64,000 nt of DNA from Selaginella moellendorffii (Eukaryota > Plantae > Lycopodiophyta), in the NCBI RefSeq assembly GCF_000143415.4, contig NW_003314261.1, forward strand, positions 3,712,880 through 3,776,879. Direction: 5' to 3'. Shown here in pieces: positions 48,789-60,649 of the stretch (its first letter is position 1; the number at the start of each line of letters is the position of its first letter). Both the position numbers and the translations under genes were made by a program. The notes beneath the pieces are model-generated. The model was not told the origin of the DNA. It saw nothing but the letters and a program-made list of their open reading frames with translations, and made no database searches.

Positions 48789-49149
48789 TATATTATAATT
48801 TAATACTCTATGCCAAGGGGCAAAAGAAGTCCTTTATGCCTTTAAGTTCTATCATCAAGAATATAAAAGTATCTTGTTTCTGTTGCAGTTCGAAACAGTG
48901 TTAGATTGTCTTATGAACGAAATAGGTGAGGAGAAAGCTATTGTCAGCCATGTTAAGAGCAAGCCTTAGAGAAAAGACTGTTGTTGTAAGACTCCCTCTC
49001 AAATCAAAACTTGTATCCATAAAAACAAAGGTAGATTTTGCCTCACCTTTATCTTGCTTTGTTGCCATAACAATAAAGAATAAAGTACATAAAAGAGACT
49101 ATAGAAAAATGACAACTATGAAATGAAAGCAAAAATGGGAGCAAAAAAT

Positions 49150-51340
49150 AAACACTAGAGAATGAGAGACAAGACCAAAAGGGATGTTACTTTAAGTGAT
49201 TTTTTTTTAATGTGTGATAAAGAATGTGTTAGTTTACATGTAAAGAGAGGCTTGATCATTTGATTTTTAAGGCATAATAATATGGCTAATCTAAATTGTA
49301 TAATGTTTTGAATTCTATGTTCATTGTGTTCTTGCAAGACAATAATAATGGTATTGGCAATTGAAGGGAAGGGCACAATAGCTGGAGGAGAGAGCAATTG
49401 GAGGCACTGGCTGCTGTTGGAATTGGAGGCATTGGTTGAAGGGTTTGTGAAGTCAGAAGTGCTGGTTGAAGAGTTGCGGTAGCAGTGGAGCTGGAGGCAT
49501 TGGCTGGAAGCTAGAGCTAGAGGTGTCCCTGGGCAAGGACAAGGTTTCCATCGGCAGCTGGAGGAGATGATGTGGCTGGGTGGTGGCATGAGGACAACTC
49601 TCAATGCTTAGGTGAGTTTATGAGATCTCATTTTTCTGTAGAGAGTGTAAGTTTGCTTGCTATCTTGTTTTGCTGGTAAAACAAATGGCAAGGAAATTTC
49701 ATTCATGTGGTGTGTGTTGTTGAAATCATTTAGCAAGCTTTTGATTTGAGATGGAATTATTTTGGATTTTAACAGACTTTGTTGAATACATTTCTTCCGA
49801 GATGCTACACTGTAAAACCGTGCAAGTGGTTGTTTTAAGTCTTAAGTGGATGGCCATGGGAAAAGCTTTATCAGGTTCTAGAAGGGAGTGATTGGAGGGG
49901 TATATTTTACACACACAACATTAGACACATTCCAGAAAATGGTATGGGTGTACTCCCTCTTGATGAAGCTGGTTAGGGGTGTGGAGGGCCATATCAATGC
50001 TGTTTAAAGCAGGTCTTTGAGCTGGACAAGAAAATGTTAGAAAGGTACTCCGTGTTATAGCATAAATGGTGATACATGCATATTAAAGTGGTCATACTCC
50101 ATCACCCACCTGATACTTTGATGGCACATTGATTGTGAGTTCATTTTTATGTTTTAATGGGCTTTTGTATGAATCCCTTTTTTTCTGCAGGCCATTATAA
50201 GCTCGAGCCTTGGAAAATCTATGCCATGCATCAGCTTTATATAGTCTCATATTGCATAGCAAATAGGAAGTCATTTTCAATATACATACACATATATAGT
50301 ACCACTCTAGAAATATGAGAGGTATGTGCTCAAAAAAGTTTAATAGCATTGAAGCCAATTTGAGCACAACCTAGCACGGGTTGGAACCTTTATATAATAC
50401 GTTCCTGCAATTGGGTCTACCATTCTGGCCTTCCCACCAGCTGGCAAACGCTCAGAATGAGTTGTTAGGTCAGCTCGTATCACAAAATTCATGTACTAAG
50501 ATCATTCTATTGTTGAAGGATGAACTCCCAACTGAATTTTACTTATTAGAGGTATGTCTGTGCAACTTTGAATTTTTTCTCGTGGTAGCATCTCAAAACA
50601 GTCTTATAGCCTTGAAGTAGATCTGAACAAACCCTTGAGGAGTACAAGGTGCTACTCAACCTTACCATAGAGTGTGACATTGTGGATGTCCAACAAAAGC
50701 CCATGCCCTTGTTGTGCTTCACTGGCAAGACATAGACAATATATGCAAGATTGCTTCCATGTCAAACTCCTTCACAAAGATTTCCATGGAGCCACTCAAT
50801 CACAGCATACCAGCCATATTCAACCACGACCATGGATCCAGGTTCTCATCAATCATCTGTGCTTGTGAATTCTAGTTGAACCAAAGTTCAATGTTGCAAT
50901 TGTAGTTCTTTGGTCTCTTTGGTCACCTCTTGTGGTTCCTTGCTCGAATGCGAAGGGCCAGATATATTTCTCCTCCCTATTCATGTATGCTTTGAAGAAA
51001 ACATTCATGAATCTCAATTTGGATATTATGCTCTTTTATAAGATTGTTTTTAATTACTTTCCTCTTGTATAATCTTTGATTACAAAGAAAAAGTGTTAGG
51101 TGTGATTTCAAGCTCAATTTCACTCCTATGACCAGTCTTTAAGGCATTAATGAAAATTCTATTTTAACTTTGTATTTTTCATGAAGCTCTCCAAACTGAT
51201 TACATACAAAAAATTGGACCCAATTTAACAAAGTCACAAAACTTGTGAATTGCCACATGCTTTCTGCTTAGGGTGCTAAAAAATTTATCAATTGTGTCTT
51301 GGATCATGGAAGTCATTTGATCCAAATGGGAGTAAGTGAT
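49150..51340. mobile_element. Highly decayed transposon-like sequence (possibly CACTA/EnSpm-type remnant)
   Basis: AT-rich and stop-riddled. Minus-strand fragments HFNMH...YGPP loosely resemble the NMH.H..YGP motif of EnSpm-like transposases; weak. Confidence 0.25.
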
Positions 51341-51343
51341 ATG

Positions 51344-51640
51344 CCTGTAAGTCTGTCAAGTACTTTTTCTTCGGCGTTACGTGAATGGTTTTGTCTCAAG
51401 GTGGTAGCAGCGAATCAACTTGGAGGGATCCGCACATGGGACGCAGTGGCAGGGTAAAAGAAAAATGATGAGAAACTGAAATGCAGTCCTTGTGGATTCA
51501 CAGGTACACATCCTCGGCAGCTGCATTCGAGGATCTGGTTGGGTCACTGATGAAAGGAAGGTTTGCCGATTTTGTGGTGTTGTCCAAGTCTCCCTTTCCA
51601 CAGGGCAGTTTTTCGTCGAGTGGTAAGGCGTTCCTTTCTT
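51344..51640 (+). pseudogene. LAF3 3' fragment (inverted copy C)
   Basis: Reverse complement of ~18265-18665 / 25050-25335 with deletions. Confidence 0.88.
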
Positions 51641-51771
51641 AAGCGTTGTGCTATTTGAGAAAATACAGTGCATCGTCGCCGTCGATCAAACACCACCGCA
51701 GCCATGTAGTTAAATTCGGTAGAAAAAGCTAGGGTTTGTTTCTAACAAAGCTTGTCAAAGAGAGAAGAGTG

Positions 51772-52707
51772 ATGGCGGTGGTAAGTGAGTTTAGGGAGGA
51801 AGATTGCAAAGAGCTTCTCAGCATTCATATGTTGGGGCAGCGAGGTTTCGAGAAAGGTAGGACGCTGGGGTGTGGCGGCCAGGGGCATGTATTCGTGCTC
51901 CACAATCTGGACGGTCACAAGTCATATGCAGCCAAGGCATTTCGATCAGGGAGCGACGCTGAGAGAGAAGTTGGGATCATGGCCAAGCTCCGGGGCTGCC
52001 CTGGAGTTGTCTCCTTCAAAGATTTCATCAAGGAGAGAGATGGAGGACAGTGTTTTGGGAGTATTATTATGGAACTATGTGGATCTAGTCTTGCTGATCG
52101 CTTGCGCGTTTCCGGGCAGATGAGCGAAGAAGAAGCAGCTCAGATTATCAAGCAGCTGGCAGAGACCCTCAAGGAGATGCATTCGAGAGGCATAGTTCAC
52201 CGGGATCTCAAGCCGGGCAACATCCTTTTCAAGCTAGACGCGCGCGACAAAGTGGTGATTAGTGACTTTGGTATTGCCACAGACGACCCTGAGGAGATGT
52301 CGCAGTACTGTGGCACGGCAAAGTACATGGCACCCGAGGTGGCAGAGAACAAGGATGGGAGCTTCTACACAGCAGCTATCGACGTGTGGGGACTTGGAGC
52401 GATTTTATACGAGATGCTGGGAAAGGGAGGATATCAGCCGAGTGAAGCATTTGATCGTGTGCGACAGGGGGCATCCCCGGTTGGTCCTTTCTCGTTTGTA
52501 GCGGAGGATCTCCTTGAGAAGATGCTGGCTGTGGATCCGAAACAAAGGCTGACAGTCGATCAGGTTCTACAACACCCATGGATTGTCAAGCTTTGCAGAA
52601 GCAGCAGCAGTAAGATCTACAGGACGTGGAGGAGGCCCTGTGGTGCGAAAAGGAGTGCTCCTGGCCTCGACAAGGACTTGGTCGTGAAGAAAGTTCGAGC
52701 GGCTTAA
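51772..52707 (+). CDS. Intronless Ser/Thr kinase, copy C (5 aa differences from 24000-24935)
   Basis: Same 311-aa protein with intact HRDLKPGN, DFG and APE motifs. Confidence 0.92.
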   Translation: MAVVSEFREEDCKELLSIHMLGQRGFEKGRTLGCGGQGHVFVLHNLDGHKSYAAKAFRSGSDAEREVGIMAKLRGCPGVVSFKDFIKERDGGQCFGSIIMELCGSSLADRLRVSGQMSEEEAAQIIKQLAETLKEMHSRGIVHRDLKPGNILFKLDARDKVVISDFGIATDDPEEMSQYCGTAKYMAPEVAENKDGSFYTAAIDVWGLGAILYEMLGKGGYQPSEAFDRVRQGASPVGPFSFVAEDLLEKMLAVDPKQRLTVDQVLQHPWIVKLCRSSSSKIYRTWRRPCGAKRSAPGLDKDLVVKKVRAA

Positions 52708-53089
52708 AAGTGGCAGCAGTCAGTCCGGTAAGCACACTTGCCATTTCCTATTTCTCCTATTCGCAGTTACTAACTTCATTTGCTTGGGTTCGTTTTTGTA
52801 TCCTCCGGACATCATCGACATCTCTCGTGTCTCTGTGTGGAAATACGTTTTTGGTGGCTGCCGAGAACAATCATGGAACAAAAACGAGATCCAAGCAAAT
52901 GCCGAGATAGATGCAAACGTGTTACACACGAAGCTATGCCGCTCTTCTTTAAGAAACAAGGGAAGTCTTCCCTCAAGAAAGAATTAAAAAAGTCCATCCA
53001 TATATAAATCGAGAATGGCTATTGATCACTGCTAATCTAACAATTTCTTGAAATCATTGTGGAACTTCATATCTTGAGATCAGTCGGGA

Positions 53090-53972
53090 AGGAAGAGTCC
53101 GCTTGATCCATGCTTTTGCATACGACTGGCAGGACACCACATCGCGCTGGGGAATTCGATCGACGGCTGCTCTCGCGAGGAAGCTGGTAGGCCGTGCATG
53201 ACACGAAGACGTGCTTGCTCGATTGTCCGCGAACGCTTGGATCATCACAAGGCCGGCAGCTTGCGCTTTCTCCAAACGCCCGCTCATGTCCGGGATACCA
53301 CGAATCAAACACCTTCTTGACCAACGCATCATGGGCGCATCCATCGATGATCGTGTTCCAGGAGACGAAGTTCCTGGCCGGCATCCGGAAGAACATCGCC
53401 TGCACTACCTGGAGATTCCCATTCTGGGCATATGCAGTGATCATCACGTTCCAGGTGACGGGATCTCCCTCCCGCATCGCCCAGAACATCGCTCTGGAGT
53501 CCTCTTCCTTGCCATCCTTCGCCAGCGCCAGGAGGATTGCAGTGGATTTGAGGAAAGTCCAGCGCGGAAGGAGATCAAAGACACGCCTTGCGTGCTCAAG
53601 ATCCCCGATCTTAACAAATGCGCCGATGAGGCAACTCCACGCCACGGAATCTCTGCCGCCGGGGATGCGATCGAAGAGATTGTTGGCGTCCCAGGGCCTG
53701 CCGTTGTGCGCGTAGACGGTGAGCATCGTGATCCAGGAGAACCTGCTCTTGCTGTGATCGTCCATGCCGTCCAAGATCTCCCGCGCCTCGCCGACGCTGC
53801 CGCATTCGCCATACATGTAGAGCAGCGCATTGCAGAGGAAGATGTCGGTGGAGAGGCCATGGCTCCAGATCTGGGCGTGCACGGGTGCAAGAACGCACTA
53901 GCTGGACGAATTCTTGGTCCTCAATCGAGCTCTTGCGATCAATCGGCAGGACAGGCGCTGGCATTGCCGCAT
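53090..53972 (-). pseudogene. PPR pseudogene (copy C)
   Basis: 5' part matches the 27532 PPR; frameshifts and deletions; 3' end matches the truncated end of the 22781-23580 pseudogene. Confidence 0.9.
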
Positions 53973-53994
53973 TCTTCATTTTTAACGTTTGGCT

Positions 53995-54587
53995 ATGGAG
54001 GAAAATTGACGCCCACCGTCGAGGGAGAAAGTAAGCCTTCTGGCAGGTTTCTCCAGGGATTGTGCGAGCATTAGAGCGATGGAATCCAGCCACTGGCGGT
54101 GTCGAGCATCTTAAGGTGAGGATTTTCGTGTTCTAGAGCAGGGATTAGACCTCTTCTCAAGGAAATCGTAGGAGAACCTCTAGTGTAAGCAATGGTGAGC
54201 AGCAATCAAACTCAACGGGCTGTGGCTCGCCCGTTAACTCGATCCAGCCGTTGGCAGCGGTCGGATTGAGTCAGGTTCTGATGGCTCTACGTTCTTCAGT
54301 GATATTAGAAGCCATGAATAAGTTTGTATTTTTTCTTTGATTTCTTCTCTTTTGTTCTTAACTTGTTCTTCCTTAGGTGGCGTTGCCTTTGAGAGAATAT
54401 CTAGACATTGTTTTGTCACCTGGAGAGCACAACGATCACTTTTATCTGGCACAGGTTATGATTTACTCTTGTTGTTCGTGTTGCTGATATTAAAGATTTC
54501 ACTGCAGGTTCCTATACGCGTGAAAGGCTCAACCGAGAAACCTCAGCTCGCTTCTCTGGAATCCGAAATCTCCATGGTATCATATTT
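53995..54587 (+). pseudogene. JMJ31-like 5' fragment (copy C)
   Basis: Reverse complement of ~26855-27475, including the same ~80 bp insertion. Confidence 0.9.
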
Positions 54588-55081
54588 TCACACCTGGCAA
54601 GTTTCTTGAGGACTGTCCACTTCGGGCTGGTAGTCAACGTCCAGAGAGGTGACCGAATGATGCTCAAGCAAAAGCTTTTGGACCATGTTGAGGGACTTAT
54701 CCAGCAGCGGGAGATTGACAAAGGGAAAGACTTCTCGAGCTTGAAGTTTCTCTTCAGCCTTCAGTACTTTGGAGATGAGGCTGCTCCAATCAAGCTGCAG
54801 GGCAAGAAGATGAATGAAGTAATGGTCTAAACTTTTTTAACATGAACTTCTTTCCAGGACTTCTAACAAACTCTCAAGAGGATACCCTTGGCCACGATCA
54901 AATGGAAAGTTCCAAGGGATGCATTAAATTCTCATATATGTAATTATGTTTAGCTAGTTTTCTTCCTTTAACTAGTAGATTTCTCAAACATGAAAAGGAG
55001 ATTAGCTCAATGTTTGGAATTGCAATCAAACAATCATGTGTTTGTGGGAATTAATCAAGGTATATTACACAATTTAGAACT

Positions 55082-58000
55082 TGTGAAGTCTAAGTGTACA
55101 GCTATAATGCCGTATACTAATATTAGCATAGTGAGATTTTGGTTAATTTTAATTTGGACCACTTGGTGTTATATATAAACTAAGGTTTTTGGGTTAATTG
55201 ATATACACATTTTCTATATTCCCTTTCCATATTCACACTCACATTATTGGAGATAAGGGGCACTTTTGATTGTCTCTGAGGAGTGTTTGAATTTAGAATT
55301 TTGGTTTAAATTTAGTTTTTGCATTGTTTAACTTTTTCCATTTCCTTTCTTTTATTATTATTATTTTAGAATTTTGGTTTAAATTTAACTTTTGCATTGT
55401 CTAGATCTTTCTTTCCTTCTAGCTTTTTTCAATTTTTTTTCTTTTACTCTTTCTTTTTCATTCATCTTCATGACAGAGTAGCAATCTCCTCCTCATTTAA
55501 CTTTGGAGTAAAAGTTGGTGCAATTGTTTGATGTTATGTGATTGCAATTGAACAACCAAACTTAATTGATAGCGACATTCATGGCACATAGTACAACTCC
55601 TCTTGCTCTTGGTGTTAATCCTCGTGTTTGGCTTGAGTTCTTTCGTGGGAATCTTAGGGATGATGTGTACCACTAGTTCAATCACTTCATGGTGATTGCC
55701 ACATATCATTCTTGGGATGATGTTCGACATTTGTGTGAGTTTCCCATGTGTCTCCAAGGGACACCACTACAGTGGTACACTAGCCATTCATAAGGATTAG
55801 AGTATTCTTTTGGACATCTTGAAATACATATTCAAATATGCCAACGATTGTGATAGTGCCTTCTAATAATTGCATCATCTTTGTCAAGGGCCATTTTAGT
55901 CAGTGATGGAATTTGGTATTTATTTCTGAAGCTTTTTGCTTCATGTGGAGCCAAATATATCGGAGCAAATCAAGCTAGGAATGTTGTGGCCAACACATTG
56001 TCAAGATCTTGTAGAACTTATATATGCACTTGTTTCAGCCACCCTTGACGATGCTTTTTGCTTGGCACAACATTATGAGATATCACTTTTTCCACTTCTC
56101 GTTACGCATCCTTCAACTCCCCTTCATGTGGGAGATGGTCCTATTCTAATGGAGGTTGATGCTATTGTTGTTTGAGTTCAAGGACAAGGGCGAGGACATG
56201 GTTATGGTTGTGATATTCTCTACTAGGCATATGATAAAGTTGGCCACATTTATCAGTATTGTCGGCATTTTTCAGATTGGCAGCCTCCATTTCCTAGGTG
56301 AAGACCTTGGTGTCAACAATGTCCTATTGGTACTATTGTAATAAAAGGTTTGGACATCGAGATGCCTCAAGGAAACGAAGAGTTGTGCAAGTAACAGAGG
56401 GATCTTACGTGAATAAGTCAGTGACCCCTTCATTTTTCTTTTGGGAGTATTATCAAGGAGTTCATTTAACATTAGTTCATCAAGTGTTTTCTTTCTAAGC
56501 TTGTTTTTATAATAAGAGGTCTCCTATTATTCTCTCCGTGTTGGTTGATATAGATTTGAGTTTATCTTCTATTGCTCGATCTATTGCCACACATTGCTGT
56601 CTATATTTGCATCATGCGGCAGAGCTAGTTTTTATTCTTTATGGTAATGGCCATACACATATATGTGCACGAGATGAGGTGAACTTAATTGTGCGTATGG
56701 GCGATCTTAAGCTTGAGTTGTAGTTATTGCGGATGGTGTTGAGTCAAGCTTTTAACCTCATCTTTTGTATGGATTAATTGCAGCACAATCATACCAAGTG
56801 TGACTTTGAGGCTTTTTCTTCTAATCTCATACTTCCTTATATTTCATCCATTCCTCTCACTTCCATACTTCTTCGTCCTTTTGCTTCTACTTCTGCTTTT
56901 ATTACTTTTGTCTCCCCATTACTTCTTTTTCTATTTCTGTCTTGTTTCACACTTCCCTTCTCCAATCCCTTTGATGGTATTTGTGTTGCAGTAGTTGACT
57001 AGCTTATGAAAGAGTATGTTGATCTTTTTAAATTTGACCTATTGTCTGGGGCTAAGATTGCCATGTCATTCGATTTCAATTGGGGATGCTCGTCCAATCA
57101 AGGTTTATGTTTGTTGTTGGTCACCCAAAGAGATGAAGATTTTGCATGCAAATGTCAAGGAAATGTTGGAAAAGGGTGTTCTTTGAAAGTTGTGGAGTTT
57201 TTGGGTATGTGAACCTCATTTTGTAATGAATCCTGATGGGAATATTTATTTTTACATTGATTATCGCTTGTTAAATGAAGTGATGATCCTGAATGTGTAC
57301 TCTTTTCCTCACACTATTGATCTCTTGGATTATTTAGGGAGAAGTCATTAGTTCACCAAGTTAGATCTTGCTATTAGGTACTGGCAAGTACCAATGGTTG
57401 AAGAAGATATTCTTAAAACTGCTTTTCGTATACTATTTTATTTGTATAAATTTTTGGTGATGCCGTTTGGTTTGAACAATGCTCTAGCAACATTCTAGTG
57501 GATGATGGATGAGGCTCTTTGCAATATGCTGAAGGTGACTACTGACTTCATTAATGATGTCTTGATCTACTCAAAGGGGATGTGGGAGGAATATATCCGT
57601 GATTTCTGTAAAGTGTTAGATTAGCTATGGGAAGTTGGTTTAAAGCTAAAATAGTCGAAGTGCATGTTTGGGTCCAAGGACACAATTTATCTAGGGTACC
57701 ATATTTCTCGTGAGGGTTTGCAAGTTGATCATGACAAACTTGTGGTTATTCTAAAGTTCCTTACTTCGAAGTGTGAATGATATGCAACGCTTCTTGGGCA
57801 AGATGGAGTATTTTGGTTGTTTTGTGAATCATCTTTCTAATTGCACTACATCATTGCGAGTGTTGCTGAAGTCATCAATATCATCTTTCATCTAGTCGGC
57901 GGATTATGAGTAGGTGTTCATAGATCTCAAAAGGTTATTAATGATTTTGGCTTATCTTAACCTTTCTTTTTGCTTGTAAATGCTTCTAATATTGGTCTTG

Positions 58001-60566
58001 GAAGTGTATTGATGCAAGAGAGCCCGAGTGTGCCTAATCAATGCCATCCCATTGCATATATAAGCCATACATTACAACAAGTAGAGGCGAATTACTCCAT
58101 GTCAAAGGAGTGTTTAATAGTAGTATGGGGTTTCAAGAAATTTCATGCATATCTACATAGTTTTCTAACGTTATTGAAAGGTGATTATGCTGTTGTTACC
58201 TCATTATTGAAGCGAAAGAACTTGGTTGGTCATACTGTTTAGTGGGCTTTGAACCTTTAGATATATAATTTTACAGATGCCCTTTCTCAAGCTCCTCTTC
58301 CTTCTTCATTCTCTTTTCATGTTTTTGATAAGCCTGTTATTCCAGCATCTATGGATTTTTTAGACGAGGATTTTTTACTATCGGTAGTTGCTGTACTTGA
58401 TGTTCAGTGTCCACAAGGTGTAGAGCAAGATTTCTCTTGATGAAGTTTGCAAGGCTCAAAAGATTGAGTCATAGATTTGAAAGCTTTGAAATGGGTTTGA
58501 AAATCCTGCATCACTTACTGATAACTTGCCAACTTTAAAAAGCTTTGACCCAAGCCTTGCTAAACAATGCTTTTTTCTAGTGCCACAAAAATAAAAGAAG
58601 AAAAAAGGAAGAAGACAAGGATGAGATTTTGCGTATTGAAGATAGCATTCCAGCATTTACATTTTCAATATTGCCTTGAAGATAGCCTTTTTTATTTAGT
58701 GGGGATGGATCCTAATGATCATTTACAACTAGTGGTGCTTTCAATCTTTATTCCACAGTTTCTTCATGCTTATCATTATTCTCTTATTTTAGGTGGGCAT
58801 AAGGGATATTGTCATGTGACTGAGAATTGTATAGGTCTTTTTATTAGCTGAAGATGCAACGTGATGTTATTTAATATGTGTGTAGTTGCATTTGGTGCCA
58901 ATCTCATAATACTCCCCCTCGTGTTGCAAAAGGACGGGTGGAGTCAATTGTAATTTCCCATCCGTTTGAGTTGGTAGTGTTTGATCTTATGGGACTTTTT
59001 CCACAATCGACTGTTAACAATGAGTATGTTATTGTTACTTTTGACTACTTAACTCCCTAGATGGAAGTTAGTGCTCTTGCTAGCACCTCTATAATTGCTA
59101 TAGGATACTTCCTCCTCAATTGAGTGGTGTTCCAACATTCTTGTCTAAAGCAGATTCTTTTAAATAATAGTGTAAGCAACCAAAGAAAACAACTCTAGAA
59201 ATAATTCATTGGGGTTCAAATATAGAAAAAAAGGGCCCATGAACAAGAGTGCACCCTTTTTTATAATTGGTTAAGGGTTTTGGGATACTTGGGATTAAGT
59301 TTGAATAATACTAGGTTGGGTGACTTCTCGAGAAGCTCAAACTCAAAAGGTTATATTTGGTATCAAAGAAGTCTCAGTCTGACTTTATTGGTTGGTTAGG
59401 GGAATCACACCATATGTTGATTGACATCTGGCAGGTCCAGTTTACTTTGGCTATGCTTAACCCAAGGGGTAAAGTGTCAAGAGAGCGGGGCTCTCAGAAG
59501 AGCTGCGGGTCTTAACTTCCATTCACGAAGGTGTGAAATTGCAGGGAAGTGTGATGGAATGTAAGCAACCAAAGAGAATGACTTGAGAGACGATCCATTG
59601 AGGTTCAAATATAGAAGGAAAGGGCCTATGAACAAGAGTGCACCCCCTTTTTCTAATCAGTTAAGGGTCTTGGGATACTTAGGGTTAATTGTCCTTAGGT
59701 TTGAATAATATTGGGTTGAGTGACTTTTTGGGAAGTCCAAATTCAAGAGGTTATAAAAATTTCCCATATTTATGGCTGAGGTATTTCACGTTTGAACATC
59801 GTGGTTAAAGATATGCCATACTTTCACAAGTGCTTATTATCCACAATCATATGGTTTGGTGGAATGGCTTATTCAGACCTTCAAAGGGTTGATTGCAAAA
59901 TACGTGAATTTTCAGCATTCAGATTGGGATGGTTATTTACTATCTCTTCGGTATGTATATGTTACAAGGGTGTAGAGTTCTATTGGTACTTCACCATATA
60001 AACTCTTATATGGTCCTGATCTAATACTGCCAACGGAGTTGGATTTGCCTTTGTGATTGCCATAGGCTGCCGATGCTAGGTCATGGGATTAGTATTTGAC
60101 GAACATTCTTCCACTCATTTGAGTAGAGTCTATTGAACACATAAGCCACATATAAATGGGACAATAACGGCACTATAACTCCTATTATCATCCATCTACA
60201 GAGTATAAACTGAATGACTTAGTGTTAGTGCATTTTCCCCATTTCATGATACATGATTTGTCTAAGAGGCTCCTTGCTCTATGGAAAGGTCTATATTACA
60301 TGGTGCAAAAAGTTAGACCACAAGTTTATGAGGTTAATCCTCCAGAAATTGTGCATGTGCAGCGGCTAAAATGCTTTGTATATCTTCCATCATTCCAAGA
60401 GGAGGGATGATGTGAGGTCCAAGTGTACAATTATGATGCCGATGGAATTTTGGTAGCCATTAGATTGGTTTCAATCTAGACCACTTGCTACTATATATAA
60501 GCTAGACTTTGGGCTAATTGATATGCACATTTTCTGTATTCCCTTTCCATATTCCATGCACTTATA
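55082..60566 (+). mobile_element. Decayed full-length Ty3/gypsy LTR retrotransposon
   Basis: Similar ~160 bp LTRs at 55082-55243 and 60411-~60566 (tgtgaagtctaagtgtaca.../tgtgaggtccaagtgtaca...ccctttccatattc). PPT AAGAGGAGGGA before the 3' LTR. Order is zinc knuckle (~56330), RT ([26 protein letters not shown], ~57250-57750), RNase H (NASNIGLGSVL, HPIAYISH, 57970), integrase (GGHKG, C..CQ, PFELVVFDLMG, 58780-60400). Many stops. Confidence 0.92.
59171..59755 (+). mobile_element. TRIM (non-autonomous mini LTR element) with 5S rRNA-like motifs, Cassandra-like
   Basis: Direct repeats 59171-59355 and 59560-59755 (TGTAA...GTTATA); PBS TGGTATCAAAG at 59358; purine-rich tract 59544-59559; ~200 bp non-coding interior; 5S A-box/C-box-like motifs in both repeats. 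Confidence 0.8.
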
Positions 60567-60649
60567 AACCCTTATTTCTATTTCTTTTGAGATATTTAAT
60601 TGTCAGGTGAAGCCATGAAATGGGAAAGGAAGGTGATCATCAAGGACCT

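Noticed and set aside
54606-54830. Short coding-like fragment after the inverted duplication
   Set aside because: No recognisable family or gene structure.
59265-59340. Standalone 5S rRNA gene
   Set aside because: Only partial, interrupted similarity inside LTRs; no full ~120-nt gene.
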